Assembly (NCBI GenBank): GCA_964016885.1
Contig: OZ024743.1
Location: 182,342,001 to 182,406,000, forward strand
Source: Eledone cirrhosa
Lineage: Eukaryota
Direction of reading: 5' to 3'
Length of the DNA stretch: 64,000 nt
Positions 1 to 13,671 of the stretch are shown in pieces. A model generated the notes under the pieces. That model was given only the letters and a program-made list of their open reading frames with translations. It did not search any database and had not been told where the DNA came from. The position numbers and the translations under genes were made by a program. How positions within the stretch are numbered: position 1 is the stretch's first letter; each line of letters starts with the position of its first letter.

Positions 1-185
1 TCGTTCCATTCCACTGCCCTTAACCACTGGCTGCACACATACCAGACCCATTGACCATCTTACACAACAAAGCAAGAATATTCAAAATGAAACCTCACAT
101 ACATACAGAAATACATATATTTTATTCACAGCTGACGTACCTAGCTTCGCTTGGATAAACAGACGATAAGCCGTCTGTGTAACTA

Positions 186-300
186 TTTGTTGAAACGGCA
201 AGATCTCAGCCGTCGGGCCCCGACTCTATCTGATATAGTCATACTCTACTATCCTAAGTATCTAGTACTCTGTTCAATAATGGCCTAATTACTTTAAAAC
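186..300 (+). mobile_element. Penelope-type terminal (pLTR-like) fragment carrying only the 3' half of a hammerhead
   Basis: GAAA-cggc-aagatctca-gccg-TC, followed by actctact...aagtatctagtactct. The same motifs recur at 10060-10140 and, inverted, at 10200-10245. Confidence 0.5.
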
Positions 301-656
301 TGGTTCAATGTTGGTATATAAGGCGGGATGGTCACAGCTGGAATGTATTTGCTTGATTACTGCTGACCACAGACTAAACAAACTGCAACACTGACAGAAG
401 AATGCAGTAACTCTGAAGTAACACTTTGTTCAAATCTTGTGGCCAACACAAGACGAAACACAACACATGTGATAAATGGCCTCAGTGGTTATACGACCTA
501 CTCTAACTAGCAGCCATACAATATCTCTCTGGAATCATATCTCATGGAGCTTCACTCACAGAAGTTGATTCAGCAGCTAGCTTGACAGCCGAAGTAGGTA
601 GTAGTAACAACTATCACTGCCATTAACAAGAGGAAGGCAACGACAGTCACAGTGAC

Positions 657-719
657 AATAACAACAACAGCAACAACAGCATATATGTGTATACACCATC
701 ATCATACCAGCAATCACCA

Positions 720-761
<42 letters not shown>
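657..761. repeat. (CAA)/(CAT)/(ACT)n trinucleotide microsatellite
   Basis: Directly visible; (ACT)n at about 719-761. Confidence 0.9.
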
Positions 762-789
762 AAGTCTTATGCTCAATCCTTATAACAAT

Positions 790-3700
790 TGTGTTTGTTT
801 CAAGCGAGGGAGTCAGGGCCTCTATGCGGTTGCTTGACCTGCTGGAAGCGGCGGCCAAATCTCTTTCAAGTCACACCACACCATCCTGAATTGAAGAAGG
901 ACTCTTTTATCGACAGCTTCGGGCCCCAGTTTGATGCCAATCCTGTACTAAACAAGGGTGGGTTCCGGGGGGAAATATGTGCTGGGATTGAGTGAACAAT
1001 TTGTTCGTGATCGCACGTGACACACATATCGTGAACGCATCACATACATGTTTTTTGCTCCACGGTCTCTGACACTTCTCGAAACTCTTCAGTTTTGGCT
1101 TCCTCTCTTCAGTGCTTTAGCATCTTTCGGCTCCAATTTTGCACTTCTGTCGAATTTGCTGCTTTGAATGCATGTACGCACACACACACCATCCATCTCG
1201 ACACTTCTTTGTTTCAGTGCATCTCAGGACCTCGGGCTGCTTTTTCAATTTTAGACCTCCTCTCTCCTTCGTCTTAGTGACTCACTGCCCTGAAAAAAAA
1301 AAGTTTTCTCTTTTTTTTCTTTCTCCCCCTTTTTTTTCTTCACTGTTATTGAACATGCTGCTTAGGGTGCCTGGACACACACGGCACTCGTCTCAACACC
1401 ATGTGTACACTCACTCCCAGGCACAGTTTACAATCCTCCATTCTAGCTCGCTCCCAACTTCTTATTCCGTGCGGTCCAGGCATCTCATGTCCTTACCCAT
1501 ATGACGGAAGATTTGATTTCCCGCACCCCTGAACACAATGTCCGCCTCTCCTCAACCTTCTACACCATGGGAGGTTGATCAGTGCCACTCGTGCGCCACG
1601 CGCAACAAGCGCAAGAGAGGAAGGAACTACGCCAACTGCAACAGCTACTTCCTCTCTTGCGTCAAACTCACAAGACGTGCCTCAGATTCCCTGCACCGGT
1701 GGCACTGCCCATCATGTTTATCCACCCCGACACTACAGGTGGTCACAGGCGCCCGACCCAACGGGGACCTGAACCCGCTCGACTCGGACGCGTGTCTGGG
1801 TGCGATATTCCGCCTCAGCAGGCAGTCGTCGAGGAGCGTCACCACCAGGATACCCAGGTCTTCCCACATTCCCGTGGCTGAAGCGCTAGCGACTTCAATC
1901 GAGCGCTTGACTCAGGCGATCCGCTTGACTGGACCAGACTGTCCAGTTTTGCTACTCATACTCGGAATCCCATTGGTGGAGAACCCGACGGTGAGAGACA
2001 GATCTGGCCCCTCCCTGGCTTCGAGGCTCAAGTGCAATGTCACCTCTTTCTGCAACCCTTCGCCCGCGAACATCTCGGCACTCTCGTGCTGCCCACCAGT
2101 GCCAACACAACACCCCCAATCCACCCACGACAGCACGAAACGTCTTCAGGACAGAGTCAACCTCAAACTAATTGAGGGCGACGTTTCGGCGGCTGTTCGT
2201 CTGCTGGCCTCAAGCGACGCTGTGCTCCGACCAACACCACATGTTATGTCAGTGCTCTGCCTCAAACATCCGAACCCCCCCCCCCCCTGCCGACATCGTA
2301 GATGCTCCAACCCCGGCCAGTAATCTCTTCCCGTTAGCATCCAGCGATGACGTGGTAGCTGCCCTAAGATCTCTTTCTGGTAGAAGCAGTGGCGGAATAG
2401 ACTGCTTGCGTCCCGGTCACCCCCGAGACCTCATCTCGTCTCATGCAGCGGAAGAAGGGGCTCGACTGCTCCAGTCATTAACAGCCCTCACCAACTGTCT
2501 CCTCCGCGCTAACTTGCCCAGCCGTGCCCGTGATCTTTTCTTCCCAGCTAGCTTGACTGCACTGAGGAAGAATGATGGAGGCTTCCGCCCCATCGCGGTG
2601 GGTAACATCTTCTGACGACTTGCAGCCAAGATAGCTTGCAAGCCAGTCAAAGACGACCTGAGCAAGGTGCTAAGCCATATTTCAGTTCGGAGTGGGAATC
2701 AAGTGCGATTGTGAGGCCGCAGCTCATGCGGCCAGGCACTTCATAGAGCACGCGACTCCCTCATCACCCAACCTCCTCGTAAAGCTGGACTTGACTAACG
2801 CCTTCAACAGCGTTAGATGGGATCACGTCCTAGAGACATGTTTCAGACAAGCCCCCTTAATCTACCCCCTCATTCACCTTTCTTACGGAAGACCCAGCTC
2901 ACTCATGGCCGCCGACAACAGGGTTACTTCCGCCACAAGTGTCCAGCAGGGGAATCCACTCAGCTTGCTCCGATTCGCGCTGGCTGTCGATGAGGTAGCC
3001 TGGTCGGTCTGGTCACCCCTCAACGTCTGGTACCTCGACAACACTACCCTGGGCGGCCCGGCTGAGACAGTAGTTGAGGACCTTCGACAAATCATCCCAG
3101 CTCTAAAGCTCCTTGGACTTGAGATCAACCCAACCAAGTTTGAGGTGACCAACATCGGCTACGGAGAGGCCGAATTCCATAACACCGTATTCTGCTCCTA
3201 CTCCATCCCGGCTGCCGGGGCTTCGGTTGAGACCCAAGGACGCCACATGCATTCTCGGTTCCCCTATTCTCCCGGAAGCCACAAGAGAATGCCTGGAGAC
3301 CAAGCACACGGATTTGTCCCGATTAGCAGAGAGGCTGCACCTTATTGACGCTCATCCCGCGCTCTTTCACTTGAGGAACTGTTTTGCCCTCCCCAAACTC
3401 ACATTCACGCTGCACAGTGCACCTTGCCACCCCCACGCAGATCTTCTCAGGGAACTTGACGCCACCATTTGACGCTGTGCGGAACTCATCTGCAATGTCA
3501 GTTGCGACAGCGCAGGCTGGCAACAGGTGACACTCCCAGTGAGGTTCGGCGGCCTCGGCCTCCGATCAGCTTCGTACCTAGCTTTACCTGCCTATCTCTT
3601 CTCTATCTCCTCCTGTTGTGCCCTCATCAGCGAGGTTCTCAGCCAGACGGCCGAACCTGACCTGGCCCCTGAGATGGAACAAGGCCTCTCTATCCCCCAG

Positions 3701-4634
3701 TATACTATGATCCAACATAACTGGGACATCAATTGCAGGTCAGACAGATTGAGTCTGGCTTGGACCAACACCACCTTGCCTGCCCCCACTCCGCTTTTCA
3801 GCCCATCAGCGATGCGTGGTTCAATTTGGTGTCCTCCTCATCAATCGGTACCCCTCCTGATGCTGAATGCACTCGCATCGGAGTTGCCCAACGCCTTGGC
3901 CCCCGCACGTGTGAACCACATAAATGCCGTGCGGGGCGGTTGTTGACAAGTTTGGCCTGCACCCTCTGTCTTGCCGCCAGATCGCAGGCTGGTTCCCTGG
4001 ACACGCCGCTCTCAACGACATATTGAGAAGAAGCCTGGACGCAGTTGGCTTTCCATCTCAACTGTAGCCAGCAGGCCAAGACCGTGAAGATGGCAAGCGC
4101 CCCGACGGAATCACCCTCTTCCCATTTGAAGATTTGAAGGAGGTAGATCCCTCATCTGGGATGCCACCTGCTGCGACACGTTCTCTGTCTCCAACTTAGT
4201 CGCTTCAGCCAAAAACCCGGCATCGCTGCCCACCTCGCAGTAGAACATAAAATAAACAAATACCAGGGTTTGTCCGGCCGCTTCTTCTTCGCACCGGTCG
4301 CCGTCGAAACCTCGGGCGTACTTGGTCCCTGTGCTGCTGAGCTCCTCCGCAAGATCGGAGCATCGGCCGCCCGTCTGAGAAGGGAGCCCCGCAAAGTTGG
4401 GTGGCTGTTGCAGTGGGTGTCACTGGCCATCGTCTGCGGGAATGCTTTTGCCATCTTGTCCACAGAGTACAGCACTTCTGCCCTCTTGCCCTAAGCCCAA
4501 AGCCAAAGCACGCTCCGCCTTCACCCCTCCCCTCTCTTCTGCGACACCAGAGCTCTTGCCAACCCCCTTTTCTTCTTTCTTTCTCTCTTTTCTCTATATT
4601 TCCCTATTCTTTCCCTTTTTTTATTATTATTATT
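790..4634 (+). mobile_element. CRE-clade-like non-LTR retrotransposon (RLE type), degenerate; 5' boundary approximate
   Basis: GC-rich island in AT-rich DNA. Domain order is N-terminal Cys finger, RT, Cys/His knuckle, restriction-like endonuclease. Ends in a pyrimidine-rich 3' UTR and a (TTA)n tail at about 4620-4634. Confidence 0.85.
1538..4494 (+). pseudogene. Frameshifted single ORF of the CRE-like element: PHD-like finger, reverse transcriptase, PD-(D/E)xK endonuclease
   Basis: ORF pieces in different frames: CHSC..C..C..WHCPSC; SSGGIDCLRP; LTALRKNDGGFRPIAVG; LVKLDLTNAFNSV; SVQQGNPL; WYLDN (YLDD decayed); LPVRFGGLGLR; KRPDGITLFP/IWDATC; FAPVAVETSG. Several stops and frameshifts. Confidence 0.88.
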
Positions 4635-4656
4635 GTCGTCATTACAGTTGTCATTG

Positions 4657-4820
4657 GCAGTATCGGTAGAGCGTCAGATACCATGCTTTGCAGCATAGAG
4701 TTATGGCCCCTTATGTTCTGAGTTCAAATCCCGCCAAAGTTAACTTTGCTTTTCATCCTTACGGGGTCGATAAAATAAAGTACCAGTAATGCACTGGAAT
4801 AATTGCTGGCCTTAGAGACA
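4657..4820 (+). mobile_element. tRNA-derived SINE (family A)
   Basis: A-box tggcagtatcggtagagc, B-box gagttcaaatccc, body tttgcttttcatccttacggggtcgataaaataaagtaccagt. Related copies elsewhere in the window. Confidence 0.8.
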
Positions 4821-4939
4821 ATTATTGTTACTGTAAATGATATATTTATACAGTTTTTATCATAAATAAATTAACAAGTATAAGAGAAACATTGAATAAT
4901 GTCGTTCTGGCTATATTATTCCTATATAAATAATAATAT

Positions 4940-5070
4940 TAATGGTTTCTACTTTATGCACAAGGCCAGCAATTTTGGTCAGGGGGAAGTCGATTAAATT
5001 GACTCCAGTGTGCTTTATTTTATCGACCTCGTAAGGATGAAAGGCAAAGCTAACCTCGGCGGGATTTGAA
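4940..5070 (-). mobile_element. SINE family A, partial, inverted
   Basis: Reverse complement of ttcaaatcccgccgaggttagctttgcctttcatccttacgaggtcgataaaataaa. Confidence 0.75.
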
Positions 5071-6065
5071 AATAATATTAATGAAGTGATAGAATGCCTC
5101 GATCAAATCTGTGGTAGGGGTGAACAACAATATAGTTAAAACTATATTGTGTGAAACTCAACTCAACAAGGCAAAAGCATTGGGTAATCTGGAGTAATGT
5201 GTCTGTATATCACAGCAAACTAATTACATAGGATAGATGAGATTTGACCACACCTGTACTTTCTTTAACATACACAACATATCACAATCATTTCCTACAA
5301 AAGATTTACTGGAGATACTATCCTCAATTGTCTTCCGTAGATTTTCATTTGCCCCTCTCACTGTCTTACTTCCACTATCATTATACACTGGTAGTTTCTA
5401 GTAAAACCGTTAAGCTGCAACACGAGTGAGTTACAAAGCATGCACTGCTAACCACACCACTACCATAATCATGGGAACATATTTATTAGTCAGTGAATAA
5501 AATAAAACATTAACATTAACAATAAAAAAAAGAAGATATAACAAACAATCTCGCATAGACATATTGATAAATAATCCCACAAACACATAAACCTATAATG
5601 TAGTGATATATAGATACGTATATGACTGGAAAAATAACAAGACTCAGAAAGACATGTTACAACTAATTGGTATATAAGACAAGTTGTAATTATATCGATA
5701 CATAATCACATTGCTACCCCCTCTCTCTCTCTCTCTCTTTCTGTATATATATTATTTTATATATATATATATAATAAATAAATAAATAAATATGTATATA
5801 TTTATATGAAAATGTAAATGTGCACGTGTGTGTATACATATGCATATGTAGGTACATGTGTGTATGTGTATAAATCTACAGATACCTGTGTCTGCACGTA
5901 TTTGATATAACCTTATATATATATACTCAATCCATACGTACATATATATATGTGTGCATGTATGTATATATATATATATATACATACTACTGTACGTCTG
6001 TATACATATATGTATGTACGTATACATACTTATATATATAATATAATATGAAGGCGCGTTATACT

Positions 6066-6099
<34 letters not shown>

Positions 6100-6461
6100 T
6101 AGCAGGTAGATTAAGACATATAACCCTCTCTTTTTCTTTTATTTACTCTTTTACGATCTCATTTTCCGGATTCTTTAAATGTCTTTCTATGTCTTCTATT
6201 TCCTTCTCTCATTCAATTATTTACAATTTATCTTTCTCTTCCTTTGCCCATCTCTTTTTTTCTTTCACTCCCTCTCATTCCCCTCTCTCTTAACTTATCT
6301 CTTTCTTTTACCCTCTCCTTCTTCCACCTTTTATCTATCTCATTTCTCTCATTCTTTAGTCTTTGACTCAGTCTTTCTCCTTATTAAATAACCCCTCTCT
6401 CTTCTGTGTGTGTTTTTCTTTCATTATCTCTTACGCTCACCCATAACCTCTCCTGTGTTTC

Positions 6462-6705
6462 TGTCTGTCTCTTTCATTATCTCTCACTCTCACTCATAAT
6501 CCCCCTCTCTCTTTGACTGTCTGTCTTTTTCATCATCTCTCACTTTTTGCTGTCTGTCTCTTTCATTATCTCTCACTTTCACCCTCTCTGCCTGTCTGTC
6601 TCTTTCATTATCTCTCACTTTCACCCTCTCTGCCTGTCTGTCTTTTTCATTATCTCTCACCTTCATCCTCTCTCTTTGTTTCTCTCTTTCATGATCTCTC
6701 ACTCA
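6462..6705. repeat. ~42-bp minisatellite (ctgtctgtctctttcattatctctcactttcaccctctctgc), several degenerate copies
   Basis: Repeated unit visible directly; 14-aa periodicity in the spurious ORF. Confidence 0.8.
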
Positions 6706-7499
6706 TACCCTGTATCTCTCTCTCTACTTTCCTACACACATTTATCTATCTATCTCTATTCGACCAGCAGCGGTATTCAAGAGCATTAAAGGAGGAGAAC
6801 ATACTATATACACACACGTATATATATATATATATATATACATACACACACACATATATATACATACATGGCGTGTGGTTTCTTAGTGCCTTAATAGAAG
6901 CGAAAGAATTAAACATACACACACACATATATCCAGAAACTAAGTACAAACAAGAATGCAATGAAGAAAAAGAAATAAATATAAAATATCAATTAAGTAA
7001 ATGATATAAACAACTGTATGATAGCCAGCAACAGCAGTGTCAACAGCAACACTATCAACAATTATATATAATTGGTTCTACGTTAGGCACAAGGCCAGCA
7101 AAAACTCAGTGCATTACTGGTATATATCGATATTAGAATCAGGAGAACATTGTCAATAATTACAACAACATTAATATTATTAAACCCACGGAAGAAGGAT
7201 GCCTCGAATAGGATATCTGCTAAGTGACAAAAAAGAGAAAAAGTTCAACTTGGAGAAATTAGCTGTGAGATTAAGGTGAGTAATTAAAACAACTTGTCCA
7301 CGTTTAAACTGTCAGTCTGTCTATATATCTATTTTTCTATCTCTGTCAGTTTATCTTTCTATCTATCTATCTGTATATATTATCTCTCTCTCTCTCTCTC
7401 TGTATATATATATAATCAATCTACATGTCCTCCGTCCCATATACACATATACAAACCAAATGAATCATGAAACGTCAGCTCGGACTTAACAATTTTATG

Positions 7500-7772
7500 C
7501 CCACATACACATTATATTGATATAATACACATCCACATACAGATATAGAACGCACACCTATACATATTCATATAATACACATCTACATAAAGATTTACAA
7601 GCAACTGACATACATATTATTCTATATATTCATATAATACACATCTACATAAAGATATGCAACAACACACACATTATCCTATATACTCATATAATACACA
7701 CCTACATAAAGATATACAACTCATACATATATAATACACATCCACATAAAGATATATAACAACTCACATACA
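7500..7772. repeat. Degenerate ~40-60-bp tandem repeat (core atataatacacatctacataaagat)
   Basis: Core recurs about 5 times. Confidence 0.7.
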
Positions 7773-7894
7773 CAGATTTTCTTCCCTCTCGTAATCTGCA
7801 TCCATACATCTATAATCACATGGTCATAGCTATATGAAAACATGCAAATACAGAAATGCATCGATGCGCTCATACACACACGCACATATATATG

Positions 7895-7936
7895 TGATGA
7901 TTTCTTTTGAATGAAACAGTTCTAGCCCTGTAGAAG
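7895..7936 (+). ncRNA. 5'-truncated hammerhead ribozyme remnant in a pLTR-like fragment
   Basis: tgatga-tttcttttgaat-GAAA-cag-ttctagcc-ctg-TA-gaag. C3 and the 5' strand of stem I are missing; followed by the family motif gtattgagtac. Confidence 0.45.
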
Positions 7937-8083
7937 CCATTTCTATATTAAACTTGATGTTTACACTCAAATAATGTATTGAGTACCTTACTAACTGTGG
8001 TTACCCCTGATTGAACCGGGGACTCACACACACATATATACTGAGAAGATTTAAAACCACATTGATACGCTCTCTCTCTCTCA

Positions 8084-8133
<50 letters not shown>

Positions 8134-10002
8134 CTCAGAAGGTTTTTAAAAAACCATCGACACGTTTCCATTTAAACGTACACATGCACCTTTTATAAAC
8201 GACTCGCAAACATACATGTATTGCTCGAAACACGCACTTGTCTGTTTCATCTATACATAAAACACTCAACATACTTAAGATAAACACACATGACTATATA
8301 TTTAAACATATTCACACATATAGTCACGTTGGAGCATTAGAGACCAAGGAAGAAAGTCCTATTTCATCGTTGTTGCCATTTCTCACTAAACAAATCACAC
8401 ATTCGTCATTCCATAAACGTTAAATATTGTTTAATCACGAGTAAAAATGAGAGAATTTACAATTTATTCTGGTGAATTGTGTTTTTCTTCCTTCGTATTC
8501 TTGGTGAAAATAATGTTTGGTTTCAATATTTCATTGAAACTAAAGCCCTTCTGGTTTCCGCATCTTTGCAGTTCTTGAGAAAAGCAAAAATCTTACTACC
8601 CCCCCCCCCCCCCCCAATAAATTCGATGACTACACCTTTATAAAAACTAATTATATTTGAGAAGAAAGAAAATATTCCCTGAGGGATGAGAGAGGGATAG
8701 GAGATGGGGTATGGATAGATTTGTACTTGTTACCATTTATAAAATTAATATTATTTAACAGAAAATAATTTTTCTCTAAATTCGGATTTTAATTTCCGAA
8801 TCAACTGTTTGTTCAGTTACCGGATCTTTCGATTTAATCCATCAATTTCTTTACACTATAGCTACAGCTACTAGTATTACCATTTTATATCTGATATATT
8901 TGATATCTATGCTTCATAATTAGAAGAATAAAAATACAGTAATACTATTATTGTTATCCTTATTTAAAAACTAAATTATAATTGACAACCTGCATAGTTA
9001 TACTATGCTGCCATCTTTAATGTTTTTTTAAATATATCAAATATGCTTTGCTTAGTAAAACAGATCGTTCAAATATGTATATATTTATCGGTTATTGTTT
9101 ATGTTATCAGAATTACTTTCGGTTGCTTTATCTATGGAACATATCAAGTTAGGTGCCCTGCCCTCTTTACCATGATGGGGGAGAACCCGCAGGATTTATT
9201 AAAGTTGATCAATACATTGCTTTACTCATCATATTTTCGATATATTTGCATTGATAAAAGCACGCACACGTATCTATAACACATACACATACATACATAC
9301 GTATATATTCATATATATACACACATGTGTATATGTGATTTTTTTATCAATGTAAATATATCAAAAATATGTTTGTATGTAGACATAAAAGCCGAAATAC
9401 GTATATCTATCTAATGATATATTCATTAGAACATGCTCGTCTCTGGCGTTCGAAGTTTACGTATATTTTAGACAGATTTGCATTTATATATATATATATA
9501 TATATGTATACACAGCAAATAATTAAACATATATGTATACATTGTGTTAATATATCTACACACACACATATATATATACACACACATATAAGCATCTACA
9601 CGGATGCTTGTTATAAATATTATTTACAACACTCCATTTCTACAAAACCCTTTTTACTTTCTAAATAATTCAAAGAAAGCTTGCAGAAAAAACCAACAAT
9701 TAATAAGCCTTTATTTTTCTGTTCTACTCACTGATCTTACTGTTTGTATATTATTATATATCATTTGCACAGTTCTTTAGTTTTGTGATAAAACATTCTA
9801 TCTTTATAGTTTGTCTGGTTATGTAGCTTTATTTTAGAGTTTTATTTCTCTAAATCTACCGGTGTCTAGTATGAGGTTACCGTTGACCAAGGTAGATAAC
9901 TCGCACCACTCCCACGTGTATCAGTGTCGTTGTCTTCTCGAACTGGATGGACTAACATTTCTCCTGTAATACTGTTATACAGTCTCAAAACTATATATAT
10001 GT

Positions 10003-10105
10003 ATATGAAAAGATTCAGGACCCCGACGGCTGAGCTCCGGCCGTTTCGGATCTAGCTGTCGAAACGGCCGGAGCTCAGCCGTCGGGGTCCTGAATCTTTT
10101 CATAT
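10003..10105. repeat. Perfect inverted repeat (46-bp arms, 11-nt loop) of a pLTR-like fragment
   Basis: 10003-10048 is the exact reverse complement of 10060-10105. Confidence 0.95.
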
Positions 10106-10443
10106 TACCCACTCTATTACTCCAAGTATCGAGTACTCTACTGGGTTATGATCCACCTGGTATTTTACCACACCCTTTCTGATATATATATATATTATAA
10201 AGAATCGTGAACCGACGGCTGAGCTCTTGCCGTTTCAACAGCTAGTTAAAAAAGAAGTTTCACACACACACACACATATATATATATAGTGTATGTGATT
10301 CAGTGGTACCAAAACGAGCACTAGATGCACGGGGAGAGTGTTTATATTAATAAAAACGATGAAGTTTCGTTTACATGTGGACCAAACTTCATCGTTTTAT
10401 ATATATATATAACCAAAACGAGGTTTCACATTGCGGTTTTTAT

Positions 10444-10531
10444 TGATTATACACAGTTGCAACCGTTTACAGGATCCATGTAAATGATATAGATCCGACT
10501 CCAGCCTGGTCTGCTCGTCAGACTTGTTAAT
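10444..10531 (-). ncRNA. Degenerate hammerhead-like remnant, probably inactive
   Basis: Minus strand: CTGACGA-gcag...ctgt-AAA-cggttgcaactg-T-G. G12 is missing and position 17 is G. Confidence 0.35.
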
Positions 10532-11329
10532 CAAGCAAAAGAAAAATCTCATCTCTTAATTATATGTATATGTATGTATATATACATACATATGTGTGTG
10601 CGTGTGTGTAGAGAGAGAGGTATGGACCCAACCGCGATTTCAGCTTATGTGTTCAGCCTTCTGAAGGCATGCATACATATATATATACATATGGTTAGTG
10701 TTACGAAAATGCATTCAGTATACCATGTAAGGCGGTTGGTGATAGAAAGGACATCCAGCTGTAGAAACCATGCCCAAAAGGGTTGGGAGGACTTTTTAGT
10801 TGTGTCAGAGACATGACAACTTCTTTGGTGCTGGTGCCACCATAAAATGCACATGATGCACTTTTTAGGGTGCTGGAACATATTTATCAGTGAGAAGCAG
10901 GGACCCCCTCTCTTGACCTAAGAGGCTACTAGCTACAGTTACTATCTGGTTGGACAGGGTGTCACTGATTTGGTCTGTGACAACCTGTCTAACTAGCACA
11001 ACCACCTTACAGAGTAGACTGGGTGATGCCTTTTGTCATGTTACCAGCACAACTACCTTACAGAGTGGACTAGATGCTTTTGTTGCTGTAACACAAGTTC
11101 ACCATACAGTGGTTTTTTGTCGAGGCAGTAGTATTGTGGGAAATCAGATATCCAGCTTTCTATACGTGTATGCAGGAGAGGTGTATCATGGATGAGGTAT
11201 AAGGGTTAGGGGGGACAATAAGCCAGTTGAATATAGAGGGGTGACTGGCATATTTTAGCTGGTGAGGAGGGTGAATGGGGGAGGGCGAGGGAGAAGATTG
11301 GTGTAGACTAGTGTCCTCTAAATGTTTGT

Positions 11330-12405
11330 TTCATCCTGTACATATGAGACAGCAGGTCTTCTGCAGAAGAGCATAACGCCAGAGGTCTCGATCCTGTGTC
11401 TCCCTTTGAGCTTTTGAGAGGTTTAATTGTGCAAGGTCAGATTTTATCACTTCATCCCAAGCTTCCTAGGTCTTCCTTTTCCATAGCTTCCATCAAGGTT
11501 GAGCTCTCTGCACCTTTTTATACAACTGTCATCCTCTATACACATCACATGTCGATAATATTGCAATCTCCTCTCCTGCACACTGCATCTGACTGCACTT
11601 ATGCCCAGTTTCTCTCTCATTTCATTGACACTTCACCGTTCATGCACACTACCATTACACATCCATAAATGTAAGCCTCATTTCTTTCTAATCTTCGTAG
11701 GTCCACAGCACATATAACCCAGGTCTCACCATCATGCAGCATTGCTGTTCGTACACCAGCATCATACAGTCTGCCTTTCATTTTGAGGGAAAAAACCTTT
11801 GGTAGTTCACAGCAGTAGTATCTCCCTCAACTTTTTCTATCCTGTTTTCAATCTGGCTACTGTATTTTCAGAACACCCATCTCCACTGTTAATTTGGTCA
11901 CCCAGATAACAAGAGCTATCAACTACTTTTATGGCATTCCTTGAGCATTTAATAGAGTGAGTTTCATGTGAGTTCTTGCTGCTTACTTCACCTGTGCATC
12001 GAGTACATAAAGAACCTACATACTTTGCTAGCCTACCTCAGATTCCACTACATCTTTTGTGCACCAGCTGGCATTTGGGACATAGGATGGAATTTCTACT
12101 CACTCCTTTCCTGCACATTGAGCAAGGCCGTTTCCTTGAATGATCAGAGCCCTGTTTTCCTTAATATTTTCTAGAACTTTAGTCATTGCCAAGTTGTCTT
12201 TAAGACCTTTTGCTTCCAAGACATGTTTCCAGGTCAGGAATTTCTTCTCTAATTCTGCCATAAATTTGGCTATGAGGGTTATATTATTGGCATATAGGAG
12301 TTCCCATAGGCAGTCAGTCACTTCTCTTCCATTATAACCTGCAGGGCAATAATAAATAGGGGAGCCCTGATGGACTCATACTTGCATGCTAAATTCTTCA
12401 CTATA
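11330..12405 (-). mobile_element. RTE-clade LINE 3' fragment, degenerate
   Basis: CLWELLYANNITLIA (LLYADD decayed), KGLKDNLAMTKVL, Cys-rich insert, DSSCYLGDQI-like motif and C-terminal region. Confidence 0.8.
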
Positions 12406-12727
12406 ATCAAATACACACGTGTGTGTGCATGTGTATCATCATCATCATTATTTTAAAATCGGTTTTTCCACCCTTCCATGGGTTGGATGGGTCCTTTTCA
12501 GCACAGCATCTCTCTACTTGTGTTCTTTTGTTATCTCTGTGAGTCTCAACAATTTAAGATTGGCTCTCACCATTTTTGTCTATGTCTTCCTCTACTGCAG
12601 CGTTCTGCCACTTCTTCACCCAGCAATCATCATCCATATGCATCACATATCCATAACAATGCAGTCTTCTCTTTTGCACTCTACTTCTGATTCCTCTTAA
12701 ACTCTTAAACTCAGTTTATCAAAGCCC

Positions 12728-12732
<5 letters not shown>

Positions 12733-12800
<68 letters not shown>
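12733..12800. repeat. (CT)n microsatellite
   Basis: Directly visible. Confidence 0.97.
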
Positions 12801-12803
<3 letters not shown>

Positions 12804-13124
12804 TATATATATATGTGTGTGTGTGTGTGTATATATATGTGTGTGTATGTATGTGAATGTAAATACATGAATAAGATAAAAAATCTATTGGAGATTTTAT
12901 AAAATTATACTGGAATATCTTGAATGTTTCTGCTGCTATGGTAATGGTCCTGGTGGCAGGCATGATATCACCCAACTCCCAGTATAAGGAATAAATAAAT
13001 AATCTGCTGATTTGAATGAGCAGGTACTCTCATGTACCTACTTACAGGTAGTTATTGCAAATTTCAAAGGGACTGGAGTGCCAACTGCAAGGAATAAAGG
13101 AAAAAAGAAATAACTCTGGTCATT

Positions 13125-13360
13125 CGGTCAAGCAACACTTATACCTACACTTCCACCCTCAGTCAAGTAACACTTACATCTACACTTATACCTACATGCC
13201 CACTCTCAATCAAGCAACACTTATGTCTACACTTCCACACTCAGTCAAGCACACTTATACCTACACTTCTACCCTCAGTCAAATAGCACTTACATCTACA
13301 CTGCCACCTTCAGTCAAGCAATACATATATCTACACTTCCTACACTTCCACCCTCAGTCC
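13125..13360. repeat. ~34-bp degenerate minisatellite (cacttatacctacacttccaccctcagtcaag)
   Basis: About 6 copies visible. Confidence 0.8.
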
Positions 13361-13671
13361 TATCACAAACCTGAGAGCAGTCCAACTAGAATACTAGTAA
13401 TGGCATCAATACTAAGTAGACCAAAGTCTTGAAGAAAACCAATCAAGACTGCCCATAAGAGAATCTATACACCCTCCCTACTTATGAATACACCTGCTAC
13501 TAATTCCAGCCTGCAATACTCAATGCCCCCCCCCCCCCCCCCCGAACCCCAACTAATCTATCATTCCACAGTTTATTGATTCAATGAAAATCCAAAAACT
13601 TATCTGTAATTTTTCTTATCAGATTTTGTTTTCGATCTGTCCATCTTCTTACTAGGAGTTTCTCTCTCTAA

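Noticed and set aside
778-870. HDV-like or twister ribozyme at the 5' end of the CRE-like element
   Set aside because: There is an 8-bp pairing (tcaagcga/ttgcttga), but I could not fit the pseudoknots or catalytic residues of either class by eye.
5720-6460. Tyr/Ile/Phe/Ser-rich short ORFs, here and at similar sites
   Set aside because: Low-complexity TA/CA/CT microsatellite sequence with no coding signal.
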